From contig NC_045138.2 in NCBI RefSeq assembly GCF_008831285.2, positions 28,458,001 through 28,522,000 of the forward strand: a stretch of DNA of 64,000 bases. Direction: 5' to 3'. This DNA is from Nymphaea colorata. Lineage: Eukaryota. The notes beneath the pieces are model-generated. The model made no database searches and was not told where the DNA came from. It saw only the letters and a program-made list of their open reading frames with translations. Both the position numbers and the translations under genes were made by a program. Shown piece by piece: positions 38,681 through 57,315 of this stretch (within the stretch, counting starts at the first letter, position 1; each line of letters begins with the position of its first letter).

Positions 38681-40513
38681 TTTTCTTGTCATTTACACTC
38701 AGAATAGAATAGTATTTGCGTATTTTTAAATGTCAAATTGACAAAAGTGGCAATTTAAAAACGCAATATCCAAGCTTCTCGAACAAACTTTCTAGAGACA
38801 CATAAACAATTATAACGGCCCTCGCAAGGCGTCGAACTTTCAGATAGCACGCAGACTTGAAATTTGCTTTTTTTTTTTTGTAATACGTTAAATATTTTTT
38901 CGAAAAAAAAAAGAAAAACTATTATTTTTACATAAAAAAATAAACTGTAAAAAATAAGTGAAAATGTCAATTATGGTTGAAGAAGGATAGGTGCATTTGG
39001 TGGTGGGCGCGATTTAGATCTTGCCCGTGACGATGCCCACTGAATGTAGGAAGAAGGATCCAAACCCGAACCGCCGCCGTGGAATGACGGAGCATGGGCT
39101 CAGTTGTCGACCAACAAACAAACACCCCTTTCGTCCCATCTTCTTCCTTTCTTTTCCCACCATTTCATTTACAGCCATCATTTCCACCTTAATCTTAAAA
39201 AAGCTGCTCATATTTCGTTTTTTTCATGCCCAATTTTGCTAATAAGTGAAAGGACCTGCCCTTAGCCCCTTAACTTAGAATTTCAAGATCTATTTCAATT
39301 TGAAAAAACACCTAGTTTAAACTATGGGAACATGGCCTTTTGTTTTATGGCATAATACCAAAACTGTTCTCATCCCAGATCATCTCTAATACCTGGTGAA
39401 AGGGAAAAAAAAAAACATGCCAAAGTTTTTAGCAAATAAAAAAACTATAGCAAAAGCAGAGGGCACATTAGCTTTGATCACCTGAAAGTTGTACCATAAG
39501 TTATCAAGTAATTGAGTTTTTTTTATCGTCGCAGGTGAAATGGCATAACAAGCAGCCTGTTTCAAGCAAGAATATTCATGCATTTCATACTTGGCAAAGA
39601 GAAATTGAAGATGTCTGAAAAACAAATAAATCAAGACTATTTTTGAAATGTGGGAGAAGAGTAGACCCTCTCAACTTTTATTTTTATTTTTCCTACTGTT
39701 ATCTTTGTCTTCCAGTGGGCACACAAACCTGTTGGGGGCAGCCCTACTTGACCAAAATCATTTGGAGGACCTACTGGTGATCTCACCTGCACCCTTTTTT
39801 CCTTGCATGGTTAGGACATAGGACAGTGTCAGCCCAAGGGTTTGTAACCCATGTGCAAAAGGTTTGTGACCAAGCATTGGACCCTACATGCCAAGGGCTG
39901 GGCCTGCACCTATCTATGTCGACAAACCTTGCCTCACCCATTCTTGTTTGCCTACAAACTTGAGATGGTTATGGGTCAGATCAAGATCCAATAACAACAT
40001 GAACTGTGAAATTTCACCAGTAATCAGGCTGGAGCTGAATAGATCTGTGCATCTGGATCATCAAGGGATTGAAAAACTTAAGTTGATCAAAGTTGTGTGA
40101 GCCAATCAGATCCATATGTGGATTTCTTTATCCTGGATCTGAACTTAAACTGAATAAAAGCTAAAGTGGGAGTCGAATCAAGAACCGACCCGGTTATGTT
40201 CCTACTTCTTGCAAGTTGCAATTATTGGGATAGATTAGATCAGGTTTTAGGCATAGGTTTATCAATAGGACGCTTGGTACAAGGGGGCTGGGTTAGCCCT
40301 AGAATCTAGTGGACTAGAGCCATCAATCACCTCCCCACCTAGGTCGCCCATTGACATCACAAGAGCCTCATATTTTGTAGCTTACTTTATTATTGATGGA
40401 AAGTTCAAAGCCCTGAAAATTCTAATGATATCAAGATATTTCTAAACCCAGACTTTGTAACTTAAGTTCTACCAAATTGCCAAAAAAAAAAAAAAGCCCC
40501 TTCCAAAGTTTCA

Positions 40514-40608
<95 letters not shown>
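40514..40608. repeat. Compound (TG)n(TA)n(GA)n microsatellite
   Basis: Directly visible. Confidence 0.95.
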
Positions 40609-40612
<4 letters not shown>

Positions 40613-42039
40613 GGAGCACTTATCAAGTTATTTCATCGGATATGATTTATGATAGGTCGGTTTGTGAGCCAATCTAGTTTGGTTTCTGATAGAAACTTAA
40701 CGAATCCAAACCAAATGACTATTCGGTCAAACTTCTCTTTGGGTCTGACGATCACGGTATCCAACTTGATCACATTAGATAATCCAATTGAATTTGCGGT
40801 TGGATTCAGAATCGGACACAAATCGATTAAATCCCCATCCAAATAACTTGTGATTTGCCACTTACAGGTATCTGGATCCGATTTTAGTCACGTCGACGGG
40901 TTCATCTTTCGGATCTGAATCGAACCCACGAAACTGGACATGGATTAGGTTCACGATCCAATCCACCATCGTATTGGTTCCAGATTTGGTCAGAGATTTG
41001 TCCCCGAGTGATTGGCGCCATTGGATAAAAGATAAAATGGAAAACAAAATTGTTGTAATTTGAGCGCCAACGGATTTGAACTTAATCTTGAAAAGGGGTC
41101 TGGGTTTTCTGAAATTCCAAGAAAGGCACGTTTGCTGTTATCGGTGAGACCGATCGCAGCTCCATTCCATCGAATCCAAGCGCGAATTAAAAAGGGGGAG
41201 GAAATGAGGTGTATTTTGGAATTATGGTTAAATAGTTGTCCGTGCACGAAACAGAATTTCTAGGAAAGGAAATGTGACGCGCGAATGGGAATTGTTGGCA
41301 TTGAAAACGAAAACAAGTTTATCCAGAAAAGATAAAGAAAAGCGTTTTTAATTTATCCGGAAATGAATGTAGCGCGTCCCAAGATGGCAATGGCCGTCCC
41401 GATCCTTATCCACAATGACTCCAGGAAATAGAGGAAAAGTCTCGGCCGGACTCTGACTGTATCAACGGCTGCGATTCCGTCTCTCACACGCCCGACGACG
41501 ATGGACCGTCCAAAACGAAAGTGGTGGTTCCGTAATTGCTTCAATCATTAGTGCCTTTGTGTCCCCACCTCCCTTGCTCCTCCCAGCATATAACACCGTG
41601 CTGTTCCCGTGCGTCCTCCCACGTCTTTCGAGATTTTCCGTGAACTCTCTCGTTGTTGAATTCGATTGATCGGGGTCTTCAGAGGTTGCGAAACGAGGTC
41701 TCCTTCCTCTCCTGTGAGAGCTTGCCATTTTTGCCGGAGTGTTCCGTTTGTCTTTTGTTTTCGTTTTCTTTGTGGCGTGCTGCTTCAGATATCTGTGTCG
41801 GTGGAAGTTGACGGGTTCCTGCAGAGGGTATCCGACCACCGGGGTCTTGTTCGGCGGAGAGAGGGTCTTTCGTTTGCTCCTTTATCGTTTTTGGAGGGAG
41901 GGGCTATGGGTTGTTGTTGAACTATCGTCTTGCTCGGTGATTCTTGAAACATTCCGGCGGTTGGTGAGGGATAAGGGGTTCGTTTTATTTTGGATTTGGG
42001 GTTTTTGGGATTTCTTTTGGCGTTTAGGACTTGGGAGCT

Positions 42040-46206
<4,167 letters not shown>

Positions 46207-46649
46207 ACTCCTCCAGCTCCTTTAATTTTAATAAAAATTGGAAGGGGAAAAAAATTGAGTCCTGAGTTACCTGACTCTTAGGATTCCCAGAAGCGCATTC
46301 TTTCCTTTTGGTTTCATAGTTGATGAATGCCAGCAGGTCTCTTACGGGAGTTCTGTTTCCTCATAATTTATAGCTACGGGGAAAGATCCTGGCCACTGGT
46401 TGTATAGCTTGCAGGATGGGAAGGTGTTCAAATGGCCCATTGAATCCAGTCTTCTTTTCTGTTCCTTTTTCGGTTATTCCTGCTGAGCAATCACTGCCAA
46501 AAATTTGTAGTCTACTTTCTTCGATATATTTGAATAATCAAAAGGTCATATTATTGAAGTCACCCGTCTCTTTCTTCCTTTATCTTTGTCCCATGAGGCA
46601 TTCTCTGACGATGCGTTGACGATTGCTGCTTGTCTGTGGAATCTCTCTT

Positions 46650-46689
<40 letters not shown>

Positions 46690-47051
46690 AAGTGCTGACC
46701 TTGTCAAATTGTTTGATCTAATTATGTGGATCTTTTTTTATATTGCTATTTCCTTGTTAGCAGGTTAAGCGCCCTTGGTACGTTGTGAGAGTAGTATTTT
46801 GATGTGCACGATTTATAAATATTATGATGCTACTAGGATATATGATACACAGGTGTTTCTCAGCTTAGACTTAAAAAAAGGCATGTTAAAGAATAAAAAT
46901 ATGGGGTGTGTTGATTTCCTTTAACGTTCGCATGTTTATCGTCGTCCATTCACTGGAACATTGTTCTACTCTCTTGTCACTAAAATCATATCTCAAGATG
47001 GGCGATGTAAACTAATGCCTAAGTTTTCTAATGATTCGTACTCCCCAAATT

Positions 47052-47241
47052 TTTGACAAGCGGGAATCAGAAAGGATTTCAGAAAGGATTGATTGACGTC
47101 TTCCTTGGTCATTTCTATCTCCAAAAAGTTCCGAGGAAAAGCAAAGTGGTTGACAAGCCGGATCAGAAAGGATTGATTGATTGACAGCTTCCTTGGTCAT
47201 TTTTCTATCTGCAACAAGTTTCAAAGAAAAGCAAAGTGGTT
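47052..47241. repeat. Imperfect tandem duplication of about 95 bp
   Basis: ttgacaagc..gatcagaaaggattgattgac..cttccttggtcatt..ctatct..gaaaagcaaagtggttg x2. Confidence 0.8.
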
Positions 47242-50200
47242 GTGAACATGGTTTGGTGGAAGATGTCAAAAGGCGTCTTCCAAAATGTCTGGACATGAAG
47301 AATACGGACATGACTATCCGTCTCAGAACAGTGACAAAATGTTCCCATTGCTAAACGGCCTCAAAGACTGTTGTTAGAATGTACCTTTCTATGATACATG
47401 TTTCAGGAACTTGTTTCAGAAAACATGGAACATTTACGTATAATATCTGATCATTGGAACACTTTATCATGTACATTTAGAAGCATTCGTTTCCAAAATG
47501 CAATGTTCTATTCATCACACCCTTAAAAAGTTTTGATCATGTCTTATGCATCATGTATATTTGGTATCACACCCTTAAAAAGTTTTAATCATGTCTTCTA
47601 GGCAGCACTTGGGATCAAAAAGGTGCATTCAAAAGCTTTTACCACTACTCTAGAAAGGATTTAGATTCAGGTTCTAGATTGACAGTAACAGTGGCGCTCC
47701 TCTGTGCATCTGGAACGAAGAGATTGTTAAAAGCTAGTTGATCGATTCAACTTTGCCTCACAACAAGGGATACCTGCACTATGCCTTCCATGACATTCTG
47801 TCAACTAATTTGGCGATGCTCAATGGCTGCCCTTACATACTGCTTTATCTAAACTCAAAGCAGAGCTCTTCCTATGCTCTTCTTTCTTGTTGGATAGTAA
47901 GCAGATCCTTACCTGACTATGTTTACAAAAAAATATATCTTGAAGATTGAACTTTTGGCCCTCTTCGACTTGAATGTTTTGTCTTAAGATCAACGCTTAG
48001 GAAACCAACAGGTCAGTCATGAACAAGGCATAGTTCTCCTACCAAAAGTCAAAAAAGAGGGAAGCCTGAATTTCGTGACCCTTATTTTTCTTAGGGATGC
48101 CAACAGATTGGATATATTTAGTTGCAGATTCGATTTCAAATGTATATGGTCAGAGATCTGGTAAAGAAAACTGAATTCTATTATTAATTGTGTTCAGTGC
48201 AAGTGTGATCGTTGACTGAGACCCCATAAAATTCTGATGAACGATTTGTATTCCTAAGTCCAAACTTTGCCGTTCAGGGAGAAAGGAAAGTTGATATCTC
48301 AAGTGAACAAGATCCTTTTAACATGAAGCAATGCTAAGTGCCCAACTTGCCTACTGAAAGAGATGAGCAAAATGTTTAGGTCTGTTTAGTTTAAATACAT
48401 GGAAGATCCAATGCTATCATCAAATCTAAAAACAATATAGAGAAAATTAACCTGATCTCTTGTCATGGCTCCAGGTTTGATTCAAACGTGAACTGACTGG
48501 ACCTCGCAAATTGTTAAAAATAAAATAAAATAAAATAAAAATATGAATACCATCGTTCATCGTGTGCAGTACAGATCTCATGGTGGAATTCCAGATTGGA
48601 CTCATCTCCTGACCTAAACATTAAGTGAAGCAACCAGCTGCTCCATTCATTGCAGGAATTTAAGTTCGAATCCTACTCTACCTCCATGGAAAGCACCACT
48701 TAGCTAGATGTATTCATTATCAGATCCAGAACCCATTGAAAACCATTAAAATCCCTAAGCCCCTAATGGCTCATTGCCTCCTCCAGTCCTTGTTTTTGAC
48801 CTGCCCACAATCAAAATAGTGCCTCAAAACCAGGAAATGCATGGGAAAAGGGGCCTTCATTTTTATTAGCCGACCATTGAGTTCAGTATACAATGCTCAG
48901 TGTGGTAAATGAGGCCCTCAAAATCTGATAGTATCGGCCATTTAATTGTTCTTATTAAAAGCACTGTCTGCATCAGTAAAGAAAAGAATGAAGAAAAGAA
49001 GGGAGAAAAAACTTGGGTGGGCTTTTAGTCAAGCCTCTTCCTAGAAACCATGCTTAAAAATCTCAGGTTTTGGAGCTCTTATGCATTCCCAATGCAGCCA
49101 TCCATTGTTTATTCATTATTTTTTGGACTTTATCATCATCCCTTATTATCCCATTCTCTAGGGATGAATTCTACAGAGCCAAAAGAAAAACCTCTTCTCT
49201 CTTTCTATCTCTAGTTCTCTCTTACACATGCAAACACGAATACACGCTAACCAAAGGCTTGGTCGACACATAAGAAACCATCACATCTAAGATTCAATTT
49301 TTTTTTTTTGGAAAAAAATATCACATGAATTGTGTTCAAAGTCATTGGTATAAAGAAAACGATCAACGGTGCCCACCTTTCAAGGATGGAATTCAAGCGG
49401 CTTTGATGATCTCTTGTGGCTGAGTCTTCAGTTTGCCCTTGTTCTATGTGCATAAAACGTCATCGATTGACCCTTAAAATTGATCCCCTTTCTCTCTCAT
49501 TTAGAGATCTTTACGATTCTTTTTGACTTGTGAGTAAATAAGAAACTTCTCTCCGATTCTTTTTGACTTGCGAGTAAATGGGAAATCGATTCTTGTGTAA
49601 AGGTGATTGACGAATTTATTGCTCATATTTTTACTCTTGTATAATCATTTCATCTTTTTACCGCTTGTTACTTTACCAGCTTGTTCGAATGTAAACCATG
49701 ATATCTACTTATTAACGAACTAATAGAATGCTACAGCAAAGAAAGAACAAGAAGATTCTTTTCCATAACGTGGGATAGCATCTGTTATTCACTCCAATTT
49801 CAAGAGCCTACTTGATGCACGTGGTGGTTAACATATCTGCAGCCGTCCTTATTCTGCTAACCAAAGCTGCCTTCTTTATGATATCTTTTAACCTTCTTAA
49901 CTGGGCTTAGAGAGAGAGAGAGAGAGAGAGAGCAGATAATTTGTCTTAATTCTTTCACCAGATCTGACAACTCGTCTCCAAATATCATTTCCTCATTCCC
50001 CAACTTGTTTTAGAGAGAGAGAGAGAGAACTTACGATACGGTGGCTCAATAGTAATCTGCATTAATCCTCTTAAAATCAAAATTAGAAGTTTCCTTGTTA
50101 CAATTACATTATATGTATGTATATATACACAGACACACATGTAGTGCCATGCAAAGGACAAGATCATCTTCCCGATACGATTACTCTCTCATTCTCCCTC

Positions 50201-50247
50201 TTTCTCTATACATGCGTACCAATGAACCAACAAAGTAATTCATTGAT

Positions 50248-50303
<56 letters not shown>

Positions 50304-50654
50304 TTAAAGTCCTAAGACATTTTGATAACCACATTTATGGTGGAATTACATGACCTGAAGCTTCTTTTTTTGTAGTTAAGAACGTGTATATATATCCATA
50401 TTTATAGGTTGGATTAAACAAAAAAGTTATAAAGATAAAGTGGGCCTTAAGATCTATATCTCATTGGCCATAGCAAAGTCCCCAAGAAAATGTGATTGGA
50501 GGCATGTTTTCTTCATACATCTAACCTACTGCGAGGGTTTTTTATTGTATTATTGATCGACATGCATATGGTCAATCTTATTATATAGGGACATTTTGAT
50601 TTTTTTCATTCAAAACGCGATCGTGCATACGAACTGCAGATATATATATAAACT

Positions 50655-50700
<46 letters not shown>

Positions 50701-52698
50701 AAAGAGAGAGAGAGAGAGATTCCCGCAGGAGTTTTGATGGTATTTAATGCACTCAGCCTCATGAAAATCCCATGTAAAAACAAAAGAAACTTTTTTTTTA
50801 AAACTGCTCATAGGCTCATAGCTTATAGACAGTGCCACAAAAATAGTTCATGTCTTAACTGGGTTTTGCCAGTTTATCAATTTATGTATAAACAGAAAAC
50901 GTATGAAAGTAATTCCAGCTATGTTCATTTTTATCTTGTTGTGCATGAAGAGGAGTTGAAAAGTGGACCGTATCGCGTTATTACCTTCTGAGAAAACTTT
51001 CTTACCTTTTGCCAACTTTTTTATTGATGGAAAGGCAAGAACTTTTTCATAAAAGGAAATAACACGATATGGGCAGCCACCATTTAAAAAGACGCGAAGA
51101 GCAATCATCAACAAGGAATCACCTCAGTCAACCCTTCTGTGCATGTGTATCTTCAGCACCAAGACAAAGAAACAAAGACAGAGAGATATAAAGATTTTAC
51201 TTGGGTAATAAAAGATCAGATTTTCCCCCAAGTAGTCTTTTTCTTTTGGTTTAGAAGTCACCTCCTTTTCCTCCACTGTCAATAATTATGTGCCATCATT
51301 TCACGAGTAGAAGCCATTAACACCATTTTCCTTGCTTATTGTTATCTGAGCCTCCTGCTGCTGGTGGTGGTATAAGAGGGACAGAGAAAGAGCGCTCTGC
51401 AACCCATGAATGGTGGTGGTGGCAGTTGGGAAACTCACTTCACTGTCTCCGTCTTCTCTCTCTTTATGATCTCCTTTTCTAAACACAAGATGAAAACAAA
51501 TGTGACGCTTTTCTCAAGGCATCGGTCGCCTCAATCTGTTTGGGAGCTAAATCATTACTCCAAGAAGTAATTAAATTACTTATAAAGCACTACAATAATT
51601 TAAACTTTGTCTCTCTTCCTCTCTCTTTCTGCATTAAGATACTTGGAAAAATGCACGATGCTATGCAAATTCTCTCTCTCTACTGCACAATAGAAATCCT
51701 AATGTATCATTGGTCTGAACAGTGATTTAAATTGATTAAGGACACTATAATAATTGACTCTCTCACTCTCACTGATAGCAGTTGTTCGGTCCCCAAAAGC
51801 AATTAAATTACTCGGCGTTTTCACAATAAATAAATCAGTCAGACCTCTCTCTCTCTCTCCTATGTTTCTCTCTCTAACAGCTACCTGGGTTATGGGGCTC
51901 CAAAGTTCATGACTACCTCAGGTTTCAACGCCTTTCAAATGTTATGACCATGACAATTACCTGAACACCCTCATCTCTGTGAGCTGCTCTGCTGTTACTG
52001 CTGCTGCTCATGAAACTGTTGCAGCATTGAGCCCAGAGGGAGGGAGAGCCTGCCTCGCTTTTAGAGAGAGAAAGAGTGAGCCGCACTGTACATTGTGCAA
52101 ACTGCCATTGCCTGACAGTGTTGCAGCACCACCACAGCTACCACCGACAGCAGCAACCGAGAGTATGGTACCCGGTCCATGAATCCGACTCGGTTCGCGC
52201 TTTTTTCGTTTACCGAGTCGATTTGGAATCTGGACCTCCTCCTCTCATAATGGACTTCATCGTAGCCTTTTCTGCTGGGTAGGCTAACAAGTAACAGTCA
52301 GGCTTTTAAAGACGGGCAGATTTTTCTTCTGCCCACATGAGACTCTATTGATGCCTTCTTCCCGATACGGATGGCCGAGACGTTTCCTAGCATCGAATCA
52401 ATATCAAATAAGTCATTCAGAACAAGGATACTTCTGTCATTTGCTACTTACTGCTGCATTCCCCCTCTCTCTCTCTCTCTCTCTCCTGGTTTTAGTGAGA
52501 GTGAGCACGACGATCCAGAAGAGAGAGAAACTGTGCCGGGAGAGAGAGCGAGTTTCTCTCCTCTCTCCCCTGTCATCGGCACCCAAAGACATCACTATAA
52601 AAGTCCTCTTTTACCGCTCCCATTCTGCAACTCCTCTGTCTTTCTCCCTCGATCTTTCCTTACTCCCTTAGAGGGAAGGCAAATCGCTAACGTTAACG

Positions 52699-55600
52699 AT
52701 GCGGATATGGGTCTTCCCGGCCATTGTCTTCCTCCTCTTGATGCTTCACATTTCCTCCGCCTACGGCGAAGGAGATGCTGATGCCCTCCTTGCCATCAAG
52801 TCCACCTTCACCGACCCCCAGGACTCGCTCGCCTCATGGTCGCCTTCCTCCACCACCTCCGTCTGTCTGTGGGCTGGCGTTGCCTGCGAACCCTCCACCG
52901 GTCGTGTCGCCTCCCTCGACCTCACCAACATGTCCCTCTCGGGCACCATCTCGCCTGAGATTGGCCGCCTCCATCACCTCGTCAACCTCTCCCTCGCCGC
53001 GAACCAGCTCACTGGCGCCATTCCGGAGGAGCTTGGCCAGCTTGCGTTCCTTCGCTACTTAAACCTCTCGAACAACGTCCTTAACGGCTCATTCCCCTCC
53101 CGTCTCTGCCGTCTTCGCCTCCTCCACATCCTCGACTTCTACAACAACAACCTCACCGGACCCCTACCCATCGGCGCTCCCCGAATGGTCTCCCTCCGCC
53201 ACCTCCACCTCGGGGGCAACTTCTTCTCCGGCGAGATACCTTCGGCATATGGCACGTGGCCGCAGCTGGAGTACCTCGCCCTCTCCGGCAACGAGCTCAC
53301 GGGTCGGATCCCGACTGAGCTCGGCAACCTCACGGAGCTCCGCGAGCTCTACATTGGTTACTTCAACGCGTTCGACGGCGGCATTCCTTCGGAGCTGGGC
53401 CGCCTGCATAAGCTCGTCCGCCTTGACATGGCTAGCTGCGGCCTCTCCGGCCCAATCCCGCCGGAGATCGGCCGATTGATGTCCCTTGACACGCTATTCC
53501 TCCAGGTGAACAATCTCGACGGCGAGTTGACGCCGGAGCTCGGTGACCTCGGAGCCCTCAAGTCGCTCGATCTTTCCAACAATGCCTTCTCCGGCGAGAT
53601 CCCGACGGAGTTCGCGCGGCTACGATCCCTCACCCTGCTGAATCTCTTCCGTAACCGCCTTTCCGGTGGGATACCGGACTTCCTGGCCGACCTGCCGGAA
53701 CTGGAGGTTTTGCAACTTTGGGAGAATAACTTCACGGGAGCGATCCCGTCAGAGCTCGGTCGGAGCGGCAACCTCGTCCTCCTCGACCTCTCCTCCAACA
53801 AGCTCACCGGAAGCATCCCGCTGAAGCTCTGTTTCGGTAACCGCCTCGAAACGCTCATCCTCCTCAGTAACTTCTTTTATGGCCCCGTCCCGGCGGAGCT
53901 CGGGAAATGCCAATCCCTCAACCGACTAAGGATGGGCGACAACTTCCTAAACGGGACGATCCCTGAGGGCTTCCTCTCTCTCCCCAACCTGGTCCAGGTA
54001 GAGCTTCAGAACAACTATCTCTCCGGCGGACTCCCCGTCCCTCCGGCCGCCTCGCCAGCCCTTGGCCAACTCAGCCTGTCCAACAACCGCCTCGTTGGCC
54101 CACTCCTCCCGGCGATCGGGGGCTTCTCGTCTCTCCAGAAGCTTCTCCTAGACGGGAACTCCTTCTCCGGCTCCATTCCGCCTGAGATTGGCCGGCTTCA
54201 GCAGCTCTCGAAGCTCGACCTGAGCTCCAACCGTCTCTCGGGTTCGATCCCCTCGCAGATCGGCCGCTGCCGGCTGCTCTCCTTCTTTGATCTCAGCGGG
54301 AACAATCTCTCCGGCTCCATCCCGACGGAGATCACGGGCATGCGAATACTGAACTACCTCAACTTGTCCCGTAACCACCTCGTGGGCGGCATCCCTGCGG
54401 GAATCCAGTCAATGCAGAGCTTGACCTCCGTTGACTTCTCCTTCAACAACCTCTCCGGCGAGGTCCCGGCTACTGGGCAGTTCTCATACTTCAACGCGAG
54501 CTCGTTCGTGGGAAACCCGGGGCTGTGCGGGCCGTTGGTGGGAATCTGCGAGTACGCTGCCGGACGCGGAAGCGCTAGTAGTGGGAGAGGCCAAGTTGGT
54601 GGAGGCCCCGCGGTGTCGCGATTGGTGTTAGTGGTCGGCTTGCTGGTGTGCAGCGTCGCCTTCGCTGTGGCTGCGGTGGTGAAGGCTCGGGCTCTCCGGC
54701 GGGCAAGCCGTGCCAGGGCATGGAAGATGACCGCGTTCCAGCGGCTCGACTTCACAGTGGACGACGTCCTTGGCTGCCTCCAGGAGCGGAACATGATAGG
54801 CAAAGGCGGCGCAGGCATCGTCTACAAAGGTGAACCGCACTACATTCCCAACTCCTCTTCCTCGTTTCCTGCTTCTCTACTTCTGTGATTAACTTGGAAA
54901 ACTGAACGTGAATTTGTTTGTGGGAATTAGTATATGACACTTTGTGCCATTTTTATCGCATCATCTCTTAAGATCAAGACGATGCAGAATCCTTCATCTC
55001 GATAGACATGGGCTTTCCTCGTCGGGACGAGTTTCGACAATTACTGGGAAAAAAGATGAGAGCAGCGAAAGAAAGTGAGACAGTTTTGCCGTGTATTTGG
55101 AGACCTTCCTGGCACTTTCTGTTTTTTTTAAGATGCTAAAAGTCGCTTTTGTTTTTTACTAACCTTTTGGTAATTTTTTTCCATTAAAACATCAAAATCG
55201 ACTTTATATTTCCAATTTTTTCGGTATTCATTCTGTGAAGGTTTGAGCATTTGGTCTCGTCTCATGGGGTATTAAGGATGTCCATTATAGGGTCTGTGGA
55301 ATGGAACGGAGTACTGAGGCCCCTGAACCGATTCCATAGATGCACGGCTGGGCTTGTAGGGATGTACCGGATTCGAACCTTTTCCTTTTATCTTGGTCCC
55401 GTTGATTTTGATTCTAGTGGAGTCCTGTAGATTTTGATTCTAGTGGAGCTAATGAGCTCTCCCTATTATGGTATGTATGAGTCACAATTGGCTGAGCCTG
55501 TTGTTTTGTCATATACCTGTTTAGGTTGGGCCCCAGTTATGTCCCACTGCCGGAAAAAATTATTGTGGCACTGGTCAGGCAATAGGGTTCTTTTTGCTCT

Positions 55601-57315
55601 AATTCCGTTTTATTGGATGCTCCTGTAAGAGGGACAAAATGGTACCACAGTTTCTTTTTCCTTTTCCATTTATTTAAAGGTTTGGAAGAGCTGTTCACAA
55701 GAATTTGTGGTGGTCTATTTATTCGGATATCCTAAGTTGGTGGAAGGAACAAAGGCATGTCTTTCTTTTGATGTTGATAACACAGAAAGCGCAAAGGAAT
55801 CAAGGCTGTGGTGTTGGCAACTTGGCATCAAAAGTTATATGCGATGTGAAAATATGGAGAGGGGTGGGTCGAAGAACCCAGTTAGGTGTAGATTTGAACA
55901 AAGCCACATGCAATAGGGTCTATAAATGCACCTGTGGCCACATCATGTCTGGTCACATGGTTTGCTCGGACCGAAGATGGTCCACAGTGCCTTTTTAGGC
56001 CCACCCCTGTGGATGCAAGTTTGATGGAAGCTTTAAAGCTTTTTACCTTGCGGCTGGTATGCAACAAAAAATGATTTGGTGGTGTTGACTTGAAAACCTC
56101 ATTAAGTTGGCGACCACTATGATTTTGAAACTCGCCAAAAGTGATTCTAGTTTGTAAATAAGTAGCCCATGAAGTTAATATTCATGTACTTGATATGGGA
56201 TTATCATCTATCCTTGCTTTAAATTTTCCACCTAACATTCATCTAAAAGCAGGTGTAATGCCTAATGGAGATCAAGTTGCTGTGAAACGGTTGCCACCAA
56301 TGACAAGGAGCTCATCTCATGACCATGGCTTCTCTGCTGAGATTCAGACACTGGGGAGCATACGCCATCGCCATATTGTTCGACTGCTGGGCTTCTGCAC
56401 TAACAAAGAAACCAACCTTCTAGTATATGAGTACTTGCCTAATGGAAGCCTGGGTGAAATGCTTCACGGGAAGAAAGGCAGCCATCTAGAGTGGACCACT
56501 AGATGCAAAATAGCTATGGAAGCTGCAAAGGGCCTGTGCTATCTCCACCATGATTGTTCACCACTAATTGTCCATCGTGATGTTAAGTCCAACAACATTC
56601 TTCTGGATTCAAACTTTGAAGCTCATGTCGCTGATTTTGGGCTTGCCAAATTCTTGCAAGACTCTGGCACCTCTGAATGTATGTCTGCCATCGCTGGTTC
56701 GTATGGATACATTGCTCCAGGTAAGGTTACAGACCATATTATGTGTAACAGTTTAGGATCAAATCTCCTCTTGATTAATGGCCCAAATTAGATTGGAAGT
56801 CCAAATTTTTTTCGGTGATATTGGTTGCTAATTATTTTATGTTTAGGAACCACAAACATGCGTCATATCTATCCTAACGTTCTGATAGTTGCTCTTTCTC
56901 ATTGACAGAGTACGCGTATACGCTCAAGGTTGATGAGAAAAGTGATGTCTACAGCTTTGGGGTTGTGCTGCTGGAACTGATCACTGGAAAAAAGCCAGTG
57001 GGAGAGTTTGGTGATGGTGTTGACATTGTTCAGTGGGTGAAGAACGCCACAAATTCAGCTAAAGAAAAGGTTGGAAAGATATTGGACACTAGAATCTCTG
57101 GTGTGCCTTTGAACCAGGCCATGCACATTTTCTATATTGCCATGTTGTGCGTCCAAGAACAGAGCATTGCACGACCTACAATGCGTGAAGTAGTGCAAAT
57201 CCTCTCAGAGCTCCCAGATTCTGATAACGGTAGTGATAGCTCAAACTTTTCACTGGAGGAAGCGGTGAAAGACTCCAAATGTCGGCAGCATCAACAGCAG
57301 GTCAACTTCTCTTAG
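52699..57315 (+). CDS. BAM1: LRR receptor-like kinase, BAM1/BAM2-like (CLV1 clade, LRR-XI), 1001 aa; exons 52699-54829, 56253-56720, 56909-57315
   Basis: Signal peptide, paired Cys caps, LRRs with [10 protein letters not shown] and [103 protein letters not shown] junctions keep the frame (3006 nt). The symbol denotes the clade, not a confirmed orthologue. Confidence 0.93.

Noticed and set aside
48660..48680. Pol III B-box-like GTTCGAATCC (also reversed near 55370)
   Set aside because: No A-box at proper spacing and no cloverleaf, so no tRNA or SINE call.
52371..52781. 136-aa upstream overlapping ORF of BAM
   Set aside because: It runs through CT/GA microsatellites, has no recognisable motif, and may start upstream of the transcription start.
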